The notes below the pieces were generated by a model, which worked only from the letters and a program-made list of their open reading frames with translations, did not search any database and was not told the origin of the DNA. A stretch of DNA of 64,000 nucleotides, from assembly GCA_964019425.1 (NCBI GenBank), contig OZ025781.1, positions 186,001 to 250,000 of the forward strand, read 5' to 3'. Shown piece after piece: positions 44,097 to 56,376 of the stretch. The stretch comes from Flectonema sp. DT1601 (lineage: Eukaryota). Position numbers and translations under genes: made by a program. Position 1 is the first letter of the stretch; each line of letters starts with the position of its first letter.

Positions 44097-46574
44097 TTAG
44101 ACAGTTCTGTCGTGACGATTTTCAAGTTCTTCGTCTCCTTGTTCCTGAGATGATGATTTCCTACAACAACACATGTAAACAATAACAATAACAACTATTA
44201 CGAATACGCCAGAAAATATCGAAATCAGAAGTGTATTGCGAAGCTTCACATCGCTGTCATCACTGCTTTTCGCAGGAGCCGTAGAGACACCTGTCGCTGT
44301 GGTCGCATTAGGTGAAACCACAACGGTACCTGGCACCTTGTAAGTTCCAGCCTCAAATTCCACCCAATTAGTTGAAGCAGTCGAACTGAGTGCAGCAGTT
44401 TGCTGAAGTATCTGCAACTCTGTTGCAGCTGAGAATGGAGGCCAGAAAGGCAACACATGATCAGCATAAACAGGAAGAAATTCATCCGAAATAGAAGCGC
44501 TCGGATCAGAGAAGAAAGCAGCTAAACTGAATGAAAGCGCGGCGTTAGTTCTCGTGATTGGAGTCAGTGGCTTGTTCACGTTGTTGTTGGCGCCGGTAGC
44601 AACCCAAGATTTCCACTGTAAAAATGGTCCATTTGTAGCAGAACTTACTCTGTGCTTTTCTCCATAAACACCACCAGCAGTGACAACTGTTACGGCACTA
44701 GCCTTCCTAAGGAGCTTCACAGCAAGGGAACACGCACTTCCACATGCTCCGAGTGAAAATAGTTTTATGGTTGCGAATCCCTTCGTAGGTACACTAATCT
44801 GCTCATTCGCTGCAAAGTTACACTGAGCATACATCGCAGTGTTTTTCGCTTCAAGCAGCGAGTCGGAGAGAGAAACAATCTTTGGAACCACAAACACTTC
44901 AGGTGATCCAGCAGCCCTGCTCTTCTTCGGAGGGTTTTTAAAGGCCTCACTCAACTTAGCTTGTGCCTGCTGCATGTTTGTACTGGCCAAAGGTTCGTTG
45001 TATAAGCTTTCCCCGTTAGAAACAAGCAACGCGTTGTAGTTTTCACCACCAACCACAGCAGATTGTATCAAACTGATGTATCCCTTAGTGAAGTCAGTGA
45101 GGTGGTATTCAGAAGCACCCTTAGTGGAAGCAGCACTTGCAGGTGAGATACGGAAATCGCTTCTCGTCCTCGATGTGCCCCTGAGTCCTGCAGGGTATTG
45201 GAGCTTCGGAGTGAAGTACTCAATCGCCGTGTAGGCCAAAATCTGAAATCCACCACCGTTACCACGGACGTCCAGGATCAATTCTGTGATTCTCGGGGAA
45301 AACGCAATCGCATAATCACTGCAAGCCTCAATAACTTTTAAAAATCTGAAGAGGACTTTATTTTCATCACAACCCTGTAAGTTGGCGGTGCTAGGGGAAA
45401 ACGTTCCGATGTACAAGTACATTACTGGCTTTGCGTTGGTTTCGAATGAGCTGCACACAATATTCGGTTGGTTGGTATTTTGTGGATATTGAGCAACTAT
45501 CTTACCCTGATTCCAGAGATCTGAAGGAGCAAGCTGCTGAACTGATCTTTTGGACACGTGTTCCTGTTCCTTCTTTGCAGATGCAGCCTTGTCAGCCTTG
45601 TCAGCGTTGTGAAGATCTCTCGCAATGTCTGAAAGTGGATTAGGAGGAAAGTTAGGTCCGGAGTTCACTTCAGGACTTTTATGAATACCTGCCCTCTGAT
45701 CAGCGATAGGAGGAATTGGTTTATATGCCTCTCTGTTCTGCCTGATGTGAGTAATGTCGTTAGGGGTCACTGGTGCTTCCTGTACCTGAGCACCTCTCAC
45801 AGTCGCTGCTGGACGGTTACCAGCAACTATGACAGCGGTTGTTAACTGTTGTTCTGATCTTCCAGCGTAGATTGGAAGGGTGTGAGACGTACCAGCAACA
45901 GTTATTTGCATTGTGGTGGCCTGGTATCCAAACCCGGTTGAAGATATACCTGCAGCGTTAGGGTTGTTTAGATATTCATTAAGGTCTGCGCCATTAGACT
46001 TCGAAGTGCCGTTGTCACCAAGCAACTTTGATAAAGAGGCCACTGCTGGCTGTCCGTTGATTGCAGTTACGACGTTGCCAACCTGAACACTGCTCCACGT
46101 CTGTCCCTGAGAATAGGCAGTGAAAAGGACATGGCGTTCCCTGATGAAAATAACTTGCTGTCCATTATCCATTCTTGATCCGAATACAAAAGGAATAGAT
46201 AACTCAGCAAAGTACCCCGATGGTGGAGAGTAAGCAGTATGCCCGTCTTGCAACTTTAAGAAGAGTTGAGCCATTGAAGCTTGAAATTGGAAATCACTAT
46301 TCCACTGTTGAGTAGAGAACTGTTGAAGAGAACCCTTCAAGTTAACCTTTCCAATCACAGATGGGTCTGTTGATAGAGCGATGTCAGTTCCATGGTAAAA
46401 CTCAACCATCTCAAGCGCTGCTTTTGTCGCTTCCGTCACAGTTGCTTGATCCACCGGAACAGTGTTGTAACAGTCAAAGATTTCACTAGCTCTGTAGTAG
46501 TAAAAGTTATCTATCAGCCGCCCCTGCAAATTACATTGCGACACCGCCAGCAGGTTTATCATTGAGAGTAACAT
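44097..46574 (-). CDS. S41-family membrane protease, paralogue 8 (825 aa)
   Basis: Same motifs; close to paralogue 7. Confidence 0.85.
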   Translation of the reverse strand: MLLSMINLLAVSQCNLQGRLIDNFYYYRASEIFDCYNTVPVDQATVTEATKAALEMVEFYHGTDIALSTDPSVIGKVNLKGSLQQFSTQQWNSDFQFQASMAQLFLKLQDGHTAYSPPSGYFAELSIPFVFGSRMDNGQQVIFIRERHVLFTAYSQGQTWSSVQVGNVVTAINGQPAVASLSKLLGDNGTSKSNGADLNEYLNNPNAAGISSTGFGYQATTMQITVAGTSHTLPIYAGRSEQQLTTAVIVAGNRPAATVRGAQVQEAPVTPNDITHIRQNREAYKPIPPIADQRAGIHKSPEVNSGPNFPPNPLSDIARDLHNADKADKAASAKKEQEHVSKRSVQQLAPSDLWNQGKIVAQYPQNTNQPNIVCSSFETNAKPVMYLYIGTFSPSTANLQGCDENKVLFRFLKVIEACSDYAIAFSPRITELILDVRGNGGGFQILAYTAIEYFTPKLQYPAGLRGTSRTRSDFRISPASAASTKGASEYHLTDFTKGYISLIQSAVVGGENYNALLVSNGESLYNEPLASTNMQQAQAKLSEAFKNPPKKSRAAGSPEVFVVPKIVSLSDSLLEAKNTAMYAQCNFAANEQISVPTKGFATIKLFSLGACGSACSLAVKLLRKASAVTVVTAGGVYGEKHRVSSATNGPFLQWKSWVATGANNNVNKPLTPITRTNAALSFSLAAFFSDPSASISDEFLPVYADHVLPFWPPFSAATELQILQQTAALSSTASTNWVEFEAGTYKVPGTVVVSPNATTATGVSTAPAKSSDDSDVKLRNTLLISIFSGVFVIVVIVIVYMCCCRKSSSQEQGDEELENRHDRTV

Positions 46575-46666
46575 TTTATTTAGAAAACTGATGATGAGAA
46601 GTTGTGGATTCATCGTATTGACTGGATGGGTAACTATTTGTGGTATCGACTTAGTACGAATAAGAT

Positions 46667-46715
46667 AGAGTGTTGATGTCCTGGAAAAGACAGAGTGTTG
46701 ATGTCCTGGAAAAGA
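46667..46715. repeat. Tandem duplication of 24 bp
   Basis: agagtgttgatgtcctggaaaaga at 46667-46690 and 46692-46715. Confidence 0.9.
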
Positions 46716-47835
46716 AAAGTATCAATCAATTTAGTGACTAACATTAAAAAACCAACACAGCCCAGCAGGTAGCTGTCGGGATAACGGAGTTAGTTGTTCA
46801 ACGCCTGGGCTCCCTGTTGAGGGAAGTCATCCGACGATAGAGTTGTTCAGTTATCCATATAACAGAAATTTATCTTTACGGTGTGAAGTCATCGTGAAGG
46901 TCAAAATTAGTAGTATTTCCCCATAAATATGGGTAGGGTTCCCAAATTTGCCGATAGCAGCAGCTTTTCATGTTTTTTTTCCCCCTCCTCCGCCTTCAGC
47001 TTCTTTTGATTTGTGTTCCACTAACTGCTAACTACTTCACAGTAGCAAGTGCAAAGCTAATGAAATTATAGCAATAAAGGACAGACAGAGAGTAACCTCC
47101 CATCTAACCGTTGTTCTATACGCAAGTTAATGGTCTAGAATAGTAGAGAAACTAAATGAGAGTTTTAAGGAATGAATTCGTGGAAGAGATGTCACCAAGG
47201 ATGTGGAAACGTTTGTCGAGTTACGTTTCCCTCCTAAATGCTCTGTTGGTGTGGGTAGTTTCTACTTTCTTTTTTTCTTTCTTTTTATGTCCCCCAAGAA
47301 GAAAAAAAAAATCACAAGGGGGAAAGAGTGATGAACAAAAATCACTCATATTAGCAGTAATATATTTCATTGAATGCAACTTTAAGGTTAAAATAAAGAC
47401 GGCTAGTGAAACAAGATTGAGTGCTGTTCATTGACACTCTTCTAATTAGATGTTTTTAGGTGTGAAGTTGTTGAGTTTTTTTAAAATGATTAATAGAATA
47501 TGTGTCTCCGTAGTCGATTACAGTAACACCATTAGAGTTAATGAAGTATTGCAGCTGCAATATTGTGCTCATCAATAAATTAGTTGATAATCTGTGATAA
47601 GCTACTGAGAGATTCTTAGATTTGTTCCCCAAGTACATGACAGCTGCTTTGAGTACGAAAAGAGAACAGTTAAAATATAAGTTTTGTTATATTAGTCAGT
47701 AGTAGATCAGATAATCAAAATCAAATAAAATAATTCATTAGGACTACACTCCTTACCCATCCCTCTTCAGCGAAAGAGAGCAAGGAGGACACTGCGGTAT
47801 CAGGTACCTTCCTACAGGATTGAGTATAAGCTATT

Positions 47836-48080
47836 TATAAAATAATCGGACATCACGTCCTGTGTTTAAAAATTCTGACCTGAAGTGTGGGGTCATTGCG
47901 TTAAGAGAAAACCAAAACAATAAAATGACCTCCACTCCCCACAGATTACTAAATACGTATTTTGATTATTAATAAATACAAACTAATACAAGTCTTGGAG
48001 AACTCTAATGGATATTAATAAACACAGGACCTGATATCCGATTATTTTATATATGCAGAAACTCTTTTGCCAGGCTATCT
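47836..48080. repeat. 33-bp inverted repeat pair and an inverted spacer segment
   Basis: 47836-47868 is the reverse complement of 48019-48051 (2 mismatches); ~47912-48080 is the reverse complement of ~61028-61195. Confidence 0.85.
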
Positions 48081-48883
48081 TCAAGTAAAAGAATCGGCAA
48101 ACTTCACTTTTTTACTTTCTTACTCACACTTTTGTTTTGTTTGTGCGCAAACGGTGCAAAATCCTAAGTTACGCTGACACAATGCTCTTTCTACCGAACA
48201 ATCGGTTTGTTGGTACGTATTTAAAAAAAAAAAAAAAAAAAAAAAACATAACGGCGTCACTAAAATAGAAAGACTTCTGACGAATGTGACCACGAAAGAG
48301 GTACAATACAATAGTTGCCGTGGAAGTCAAAATTTTCTAACGACTAAACATAAGAAATAGTTGATACCTGTTCGAAGATATCAGGAGAGGGAGTGACATA
48401 AAATAGTAACAACTACTTCAGGTATTAATACAACATTAATATCAAAGTGTTTGACTGAAAATATAATTGAGCCTTTGATCTTGTTTAGTAATTCCTACGT
48501 ACAACGGATATAAAGAAATACCTACATAGTGCTTGGCGCTGCTAGTAAGAAGGTTAGAGGTCAGAAAACCATTGACGAACACACACAAAATACTTTTTTT
48601 CTTTTTTTAGAATTCGCTGAGACCGAATTAACGTAAAAGTTCTAAATTGCTTTGGTTTATTTTCAGCGACTAGAACAAAAAGTAAAAAAGGAAGAAAAAC
48701 TCGGAGGGCAAACGGAATTGTGAACTGTGACCTATCGGGTCAATTATACTTCCATCCATACAACGGTTTGTATGATAAAAATAAGAAACACTTGTATCAC
48801 AAGTTAGGGAGAGGAAATATAGAAATATAATTTTATGTTTATATACGTATCCGAAAGTAAACAGTGAAAGCTACACAAAGAGA

Positions 48884-51355
48884 TTAACCTTTGCTGGAAC
48901 GGTACTCAAGTTCTTCGTCTCCTTGTTCCTGAGATGATGATTTCCTACAACAACACATGTAAACAATAACAATAACAACTATTACGAATACGACAGAAAA
49001 TATCGAAATCAGAAGTGTATTGCGAAGCTTCACATCGCTGTCATCGCTGCTGGAGGTACTTGCCCCAGTTGGGGCCGTAGTGGCCGCATTAGGTGAAAAC
49101 ACAACGGTACCTGGCACCTTGTAAGTTCCAGCCTCAAATTCCACCCAATTAGTTGAAGCAGTCGAACTGAGTGCAGCAGTTTGCTGAAGCATCTGCAACT
49201 CTGTTGCAGCTGAGTATGGAGGCCAGAAAGGCAACACATGATCAGCATAAACAGGAAGAAATTCATCCGAAATAGAAGCGCTCGGATCAGAGAAGAAAGC
49301 AGCTAAACTGAATGTCAGCGCGGCGCTAGTTCTAGTGATCAGTGTCAGTTGCTTGTTTACATTGTTTTCATCGGCGGTAGCGACCCAAGACTTCCATTCG
49401 TAAAATGGTCCATTTGTAGCAGAACTTACTCTGTGCTTTTCTCCAGAAACACCACCAGCAGAGACAATTGTTACGGCACTAGCCTTCCTAAGGAGCTTCA
49501 CAGCAAGGGAACACGCACTTCCACATGCTCCGAGTGAAAATAGTTTTATGGTTGCGAATCCCTTCGTAGGTACACTAATCTGCTCATTCGCTGCAAAGTT
49601 ACACTGAGCATACATCGCAGTGTTTTTCGCTTCAAGCAGCGAGTCGGAGAGAGAAACAATCTTTGGAACCACAAACACTTCAGGTGATCCAGCAGCCCTG
49701 CTCTTCTTCGGAGGGTTTTTAAAGGCCTCACTCAACTTAGCTTGTGCCTGCTGCATGTTTGTACTGGCCAAAGGTTCGTTGTATAAGCTTTCCCCGTTAG
49801 AAACAAGCAGCGCGTTGTAGTTTTCACCGCCAACCACAGCAGATTGTATCAAACTGATGTATCCCTTAGTGAAGTCAGTGAGGTGGTATTCAGAAGCACC
49901 CTTAGTGGAAGCAGCACTTGCAGGTGAGATACGGAAATCGCTTCTCGTCCTCGATGTGCCCCTGAGTCCTGCAGGGTATTGGAGCTTCGGAGTGAAGTAC
50001 TCAATCGCCGTGTAGGCCAAAATCTGAAATCCTCCACCGTTACCACGGACGTCCAAAATCAATTCTGTGATTCTCGGGGAAAACGCAATCGCATAATCAT
50101 TGCAAGCCTCAATAACTTTTAAAAATCTGAAGAGGACTTTATTTTCATCACAACCCTGTAAGTTGGCGGTGCTAGGGGAAAACGTTCCGATGTACAAGTA
50201 CATTACTGGCTTTGCGTTGGTTTCGAAAGAGCTGCACACAATATTCGGTTCATTGGTATTTTGTGGATATTGAGCAACTATCTTACCCTGATTCCAGAGA
50301 TCTGAAGGAGCAAGCTGCTGAACTGATCTTTTGGACACGTGTTCCTGTTCCTTCTTTGCAGATGCAGCCTTGTCAGCCTTGTCAGCGTTGTGAAGATCTC
50401 TCGCAATGTCTGAAAGTGGATTAGGAGGAAGGTTAGGTCCGGAGTTCACTTCAGGACTTTTATGAATACCTGCCCTCTGATCAGCGATAGGAGGAATTGG
50501 TTTATATGCCTCTCTGTTCTGCCTGATGTGAGTAATGTCGTTAGGGGTCACTGGTGCTTCCTGTACCTGAGCACCTCTCGCAGTCGCTGCTGGACGGTTA
50601 CCAGCAACTATGACAGCGGTTGTTAACTGTTGGTCATCCCTTCCAGCGTAGATTGGAAGGGTGTGAGACGTACCAGCAACAGTTATTTGCATTGTGGTGG
50701 CCTGGTATCCAGATGAGGTTGAAGATATACCTGCAGCGAATTGGTCTTTCAGGTATTCATTAAGGTCTGCGCCATTAGACTTCGAAGAACCATTGTCACC
50801 AAGCAACTTTGCTAAAGAGGCCACTGCTGGCTGTCCGTTGATTGCAGTTACGATGTCGCCAACCTGAACACTGCTCCACGTCTGTCCCTGAGAATAGGCA
50901 GCGAAAAGGGCAAGGTGTCCACTGATGAAAATAACTTGCTGTCCATTATCCATTCTTGATCCGAATACAAAAGGAATAGATAACTCAGCAAAGTATCCCG
51001 ATGGCAGAGTGTAAGAAGTATGCCCGTCTTGTAACTTTACGAAGAGTTGAGCCATTGAAGCTTGAAATTGGAAATCACTATTCCACTGTTGAGTAGAGAA
51101 CTGTTGAAGAGAACCCTTCAAGTTAACCTTTCCAATCACAGATGGGTCTGTTGATAGAGCGATGTCAGTTCCATGGTAAAACTCAACCATCTCAAGCGCT
51201 GCTTTTGTCGCTTCCGTCACAGTTGCTTGATCCACCGGAACAGTGTTGTAACAGTCAAAGATTTCACTAGCTCTGTAGTAGTAAAAGTTATCTATCAGCC
51301 GCCCCTGCAAATTACATTGCGACACCGCCAGCAGGTTTATCATTGAGAGTAACAT
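48884..51355 (-). CDS. S41-family membrane protease, paralogue 9 (823 aa)
   Basis: Same motifs. Confidence 0.85.
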   Translation of the reverse strand: MLLSMINLLAVSQCNLQGRLIDNFYYYRASEIFDCYNTVPVDQATVTEATKAALEMVEFYHGTDIALSTDPSVIGKVNLKGSLQQFSTQQWNSDFQFQASMAQLFVKLQDGHTSYTLPSGYFAELSIPFVFGSRMDNGQQVIFISGHLALFAAYSQGQTWSSVQVGDIVTAINGQPAVASLAKLLGDNGSSKSNGADLNEYLKDQFAAGISSTSSGYQATTMQITVAGTSHTLPIYAGRDDQQLTTAVIVAGNRPAATARGAQVQEAPVTPNDITHIRQNREAYKPIPPIADQRAGIHKSPEVNSGPNLPPNPLSDIARDLHNADKADKAASAKKEQEHVSKRSVQQLAPSDLWNQGKIVAQYPQNTNEPNIVCSSFETNAKPVMYLYIGTFSPSTANLQGCDENKVLFRFLKVIEACNDYAIAFSPRITELILDVRGNGGGFQILAYTAIEYFTPKLQYPAGLRGTSRTRSDFRISPASAASTKGASEYHLTDFTKGYISLIQSAVVGGENYNALLVSNGESLYNEPLASTNMQQAQAKLSEAFKNPPKKSRAAGSPEVFVVPKIVSLSDSLLEAKNTAMYAQCNFAANEQISVPTKGFATIKLFSLGACGSACSLAVKLLRKASAVTIVSAGGVSGEKHRVSSATNGPFYEWKSWVATADENNVNKQLTLITRTSAALTFSLAAFFSDPSASISDEFLPVYADHVLPFWPPYSAATELQMLQQTAALSSTASTNWVEFEAGTYKVPGTVVFSPNAATTAPTGASTSSSDDSDVKLRNTLLISIFSVVFVIVVIVIVYMCCCRKSSSQEQGDEELEYRSSKG

Positions 51356-51439
51356 TTTATTTGAAGAACTGTTTAATAAAATACAGTAACAGTTCACAAC
51401 ATTCACAGATGTGTATTAATTACTTCAGACATCCATCCA

Positions 51440-53580
51440 AATCGTACGAATATCTGTGTTGATGTCCTGGAAAAGAAAAGTATCAATCAATTTAGTGACT
51501 AACATTAAAAAACCAACACAGCCCAGCAGGTAGCTGTCGGGATAACGGAGTTAGTTGTTCAACGCCTGGGCTCCCTGTTGAGGGAAGTCATCCGACGATA
51601 GAGTTGTTCAGTTATCCATATAACAGAAATTTATCTTACGATGTGAAGTCGCTTGAACAATATAAAAAATATTTATTTATAAAAACAGCCAAGTAAATGT
51701 CGTAGAAGACGACAGGTTTTCACCTTCCTCAGATATCAAAGAAATACTAAGGAATTTGCTTTCTCCGTATCTTTTTTTCTTATGTTTTTTTTTTCCCTTT
51801 CCAAGTGCAAGCTATCTACGACTGGAAGAACGATAGGCAATGAGCTGAACGTGTTCAATCCCAGGCGATGGTTCAAAAGGTATTCACGGCAATTCAGTAC
51901 TGGTTCCCTGCTTGTGATGTCATTCTCAGACATCTATTTCTTTTCCGTTGACGGTTCCCTTTATTATTCACAAGAGAGGAGCAAAGGATTTAAGGCAAAA
52001 AAGGTTTCAGAAAAACGCGAATGAAAACAACAACTGTTGTACGGTTCCCAAAGTTGCCGATAGCAGCAGCTTTTCATGTCTTTTTCCCCCTCCTCTGCCC
52101 TCAATTATTTTTGATTTGTGTTCCACCAACTGCTGACTACCTCACAGTAGCAAGTGCAAAGCTAATGAAATTATAGCAATAAAGGACAGACAGAGAGTAA
52201 CCTCCCATCTAACCGTTGTTCTATACGCAAGTTAATGGTCCAGAATAGTAGAGAAACTAAATGAGAGTTTTAAGGAATGAATTCGTGGAAGAGATGTCAC
52301 CAAGGATGTGGAAACGTTTGTCGAGTTACGTTTCCCTCATAAATACTCCGTAGGTGTGGGTATTTTCTACTTTTTTCTCTTTATGGTTGTTTTTCCGTCC
52401 CCCAAGAAGGAAAACGAAAAATCAAAAGAGACAAAGTGATTGGTAAAAACCATCTGTTTCCTTAGTTGAGTAGCCGAATTCAAGCTCCCGTAGTGATTAG
52501 AAAAAGAAAAAAAGGGAATTAAGAAAAAAGAAAAAAGAAAATCTTATTTTTAAATTATCTCATTCCGTTCATCGCGACTTTGCAAAGCATCAAAGATCAA
52601 AGTGGAAGCGAGCAACCCGCCGATAGAATGAAAGCTTCCAGTCGCTGACATAACCAGAGATATCATAAACCAAAGCACACAACAGCTCGTTAATTACACG
52701 AGCTGGCTGAGAAAGATTCTCAAGGGAACAGTTAGAATATGATTTTTGTTATATTAGTCAGTATTAGCTATATTAGAGGAGAGTTATCACAAATAAATAA
52801 ATAACCAAAATCAAAAGTATAAATTGTGGGATAAAAATTGAAAAAACTTAAATCCCTAAAAAAGCAAGGAAGACACTGCGGGATCACTTCCTGTCCAACT
52901 GGTCTGGATAAGACTATTAATAGATTCAGCTTCTCCCACACATCAACCAATTCCGTAGTGACGTGTCTAGTTATGAATAAGTTCTTCTTGATGCCTGAGG
53001 TACAATATCCATACACACAGTTGCCTTAGATACACAGATAGATTGATAAGGAAGTCCTATACATTGCGTACTGTGCATCGCTGATCATTAGGACTACACT
53101 CCTTACGCGAAAGGGAGCAAGGAGGACACTGCGGTATCAGACCTGTCCTACTCATCGTGTTTGCCCTTCTCAGCAAATGGACTGAATATGAGTTTGTTAT
53201 ATTACTTTGTTAGTAACAAAAAGACGTGTCGAATGATCTGAAGAGAGGGAGGATGGGAATCATTTATGTTATTGTATTCTCAGATAGACAGATAAGATAG
53301 ATAACGAAGTCCTATACATTGAGTACTGTGCATCGCCAGCAAACTAAAGAGAGCATCGGGTTAACTCTTTAGAGCCACGAGGACAACAGCAACGTAATTA
53401 GACCCCCAAATCTTATTAGGATGGTTTTATTATAGTTTCGGCTGACGGGGCATAATGAACACAGTATGCCTATTGTCAGCTTTCCACCTTGTCCGATTGT
53501 TGCCTAAGAAGTTAAAATCTTCTAACGATGAAACATAAGAAACGCTGATACCTGTTCGAAGATATCAGGGGAGGGGGGTG
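51440..53580. mobile_element. Spacer of a plus-strand integrase relic (51440-52065) and minus-strand pol relics; largely duplicated at 56460-58110
   Basis: Plus strand EV/SDD, DRQ*AERV, QLLYG. Minus strand RHV...WEKL...QEVIPQCLPC (HHCC-like), TFDFGYL, LILTNITK, IIKPS. Confidence 0.5.
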
Positions 53581-53904
53581 ACTGAAAATAGTAACAACTA
53601 CTTCAGGTATTAATACAACATTAATATCAATGTATTTGACTGAAAAAATACAAGAAACACTTATATCACAAGTTAGGGAGAAACGTTGACAATATAAAAA
53701 CAGTAACAACTTTAGGTACTAAAAAATCAAAATTAATATCAAGTACTTGAGTATTTGATCAGAGAAATATGACAAGTTTACAAGAAAGCAAACACAAAAG
53801 GAAAAATTATGTTTTGTCGTCACTTGTATCACAAGTTAGGGAGAGAATATAGAAATATATGATGATTCGTATCTAAAGAAAACAGTGAATGAAACACAAA
53901 AAAA

Positions 53905-56376
53905 TTAAGCACCGTCGCGACGATCTTCGAGTTCTTCATCTTTCTGTTCCTCCTCCGCTGATTTCCTACAACAACACATGTAAACAATAACAATAACAAC
54001 TATTACGAATACGCCAGAAAATATCGAAATCAGAAGTGTATTGCGAAGCCTCACATCGCTGTCATCACTGCTGGAGGTACTTGCCCCAGTTGGGGCCGCA
54101 GTAGGAGCAGTAGACGAAACCACAACATTACCTGGCACCTTGTAAGTTCCAGCCTCAAATTCCACCCAATTAGTTGAAGCAGTCGAACTGAGTGCAGCAG
54201 TTTGCTGAAGTATCTGCAACTCTGTTGCAGCTGAGAATGGAGGCCAGAAAGGCAACACATGATCAGCATAAACAGGAAGAAATTCATCCGAAATAGAAGC
54301 GCTCGGGTCAGAGAAGAAAGCAGCTAAACTGAATGTCAGCGCGGCGCTAGTTCTCGTGATTGGAGTCAGTGGCCTGTTTACGTTGTTTTTGGCGCCGGTA
54401 GCGACCCAAGATTTCCATTCGTAAAATGGTCCATTTGTAGCAGAACTTACTCTGTGCTTTTCCCCAGAAACACCACCAGCAGAGACAACTGTTACAGCAC
54501 TAGCCTTCCTAAGGAGCTTCACAGCAAGTGAACACGCACTTCCACATGCTCCGAGTGAAAATAGTTTTATGGTTGCGAATCCCTTCGTAGGTACACTAAT
54601 CTGCTCATTCGCTGCAAAGTTACACTGAGCATACATCGCAGTGTTTTTCGCTTCAAGCAGCGAGTCGGAGAGAGAAACAATCTTTGGAACCACAAACACT
54701 TCAGGTGATCCAGCAGCCCTGCTCTTCTTCGGAGGGTTTTTAAAGGCCTCACTCAACTTAGCTTGTGCCTGCTGCATGTTTGTGTTGCTCAAAGGTTCGT
54801 TGTATAAGCTTTCCCCGTTAGAAACAAGCAACGCGTTGTAGTTTTCACCACCAACCACAGCAGATTGTATCAAACTGATGTATCCCTTAGTGAAGTCAGT
54901 GAGGTGGTATTCAGAAGCACCCTTAGTGGAAGCAGCACTTGCAGGTGAGATACGGAAATCGCTTCTCGTCCTCGATGTTTCCCTGAGTCCTGCAGGGTAT
55001 TGGAGCTTCGGAGTGAAGTACTCAATCGCCGTGTAGGCCAAAATCTGAAATCCACCACCGTTGCCACGGACGTCCAGGATCAATTCTGTGATTCTCGGGG
55101 AAAACGCAATCGCATAATCACTGCAAGCCTCAATAACTTTTAAAAACCCGAAGAGGACTTTGATTTCATCACAACCCTGTAAGTTGGCGGTGCTAGGTTC
55201 AAAGGTTCCGATGTACAAGTACATTACTGGCTTTGCGTTGGTTTCGAAAGAGCTGCACACAATATTCGGTTCATTGGTATTTTGTGGATATTGAGCAACT
55301 ATCTTACCCTGATTCCAGAGATCTGAAGGAGCAAGCTGCTGAACTGATCTTTTGGACACGTGTTCCTGTTCCTTCTTTGCAGATGCAGCCTTGTCAGCCT
55401 TGTCAGCGTTGTGAAGATCTCTCGCAATGTCTGAAAGTGGATTAGGAGGAAGGTTAGGTCCGGAGTTCACTTCAGGACTTTTATGAATACCTGCCCTCTG
55501 ATCAGCGATAGGAGGAATTGGTTTATATGCCTCTCTGTTCTGCCTGATGTGAGTAATGTCGTTAGGGGTCACTGGTGCTTCCTGTACCTGAGCACCTCTC
55601 GCAGTCGCTGCTGGACGGTTACCAGCAACTATGACAGCGGTTGTTAACTGTTGGTCATCCCTTCCAGCGTAGATTGGAAGGGTGTGAGACGTACCAGCAA
55701 CAGTTATTTGCATTGTGGTGGCCTGGTATCCAAATGAGGTTGAAGATATACCTGCAGCGTTAGGGCTGTTTAGGTATTCATTAAGGTCTGCGCCATTAGA
55801 CTTCGAAGTGCCGTTGTCACCAAGCAACTTTGATAAAGAGGCCACTGCTGGCTGTCCGTTGATTGCAGTTACGACGTTGCCAACCTGAACACTGCTCCAC
55901 GTCTGTCCCTGAGAATAGGCACTGAAAAGGACATGGCGTTCCCTGATGAAAATAACCTGCTGTCCATTATCCATTCTTGATCCGAATACAAAAGGAATAG
56001 ATAACTCAGCAAAGTACCCCGATGGTGGAGAGTAAGAAGTATGCCCGTCTTGTAACTTTAAGAAGAGTTGAGCCATTGAAGCTTGAAATTGGAAATCACT
56101 ATTCCACTGTTGAGTAGAGAACTGTTGAAGAGAACCCTTCAAGTTAACCTTTCCAATCACAGATGGGTCTGTTGATAGAGCGATGTCAGTTCCATGGTAA
56201 AACTCAACCATCTCAAGCGCTGCTTTTGTCGCTTCCGTCACAGTTGCTTTATCCACCGGAACAGTGTTGTAACAGTCAAAGATTTCACTAGCTCTGTAGT
56301 AGTAAAAGTTATCTATCAGCCGCCCCTGCAAATTACATTGCGACACCGCCAGCAGGTTTATCATTGAGAGTAACAT
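53905..56376 (-). CDS. S41-family membrane protease, paralogue 10 (823 aa)
   Basis: Same motifs. Confidence 0.85.
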   Translation of the reverse strand: MLLSMINLLAVSQCNLQGRLIDNFYYYRASEIFDCYNTVPVDKATVTEATKAALEMVEFYHGTDIALSTDPSVIGKVNLKGSLQQFSTQQWNSDFQFQASMAQLFLKLQDGHTSYSPPSGYFAELSIPFVFGSRMDNGQQVIFIRERHVLFSAYSQGQTWSSVQVGNVVTAINGQPAVASLSKLLGDNGTSKSNGADLNEYLNSPNAAGISSTSFGYQATTMQITVAGTSHTLPIYAGRDDQQLTTAVIVAGNRPAATARGAQVQEAPVTPNDITHIRQNREAYKPIPPIADQRAGIHKSPEVNSGPNLPPNPLSDIARDLHNADKADKAASAKKEQEHVSKRSVQQLAPSDLWNQGKIVAQYPQNTNEPNIVCSSFETNAKPVMYLYIGTFEPSTANLQGCDEIKVLFGFLKVIEACSDYAIAFSPRITELILDVRGNGGGFQILAYTAIEYFTPKLQYPAGLRETSRTRSDFRISPASAASTKGASEYHLTDFTKGYISLIQSAVVGGENYNALLVSNGESLYNEPLSNTNMQQAQAKLSEAFKNPPKKSRAAGSPEVFVVPKIVSLSDSLLEAKNTAMYAQCNFAANEQISVPTKGFATIKLFSLGACGSACSLAVKLLRKASAVTVVSAGGVSGEKHRVSSATNGPFYEWKSWVATGAKNNVNRPLTPITRTSAALTFSLAAFFSDPSASISDEFLPVYADHVLPFWPPFSAATELQILQQTAALSSTASTNWVEFEAGTYKVPGNVVVSSTAPTAAPTGASTSSSDDSDVRLRNTLLISIFSGVFVIVVIVIVYMCCCRKSAEEEQKDEELEDRRDGA

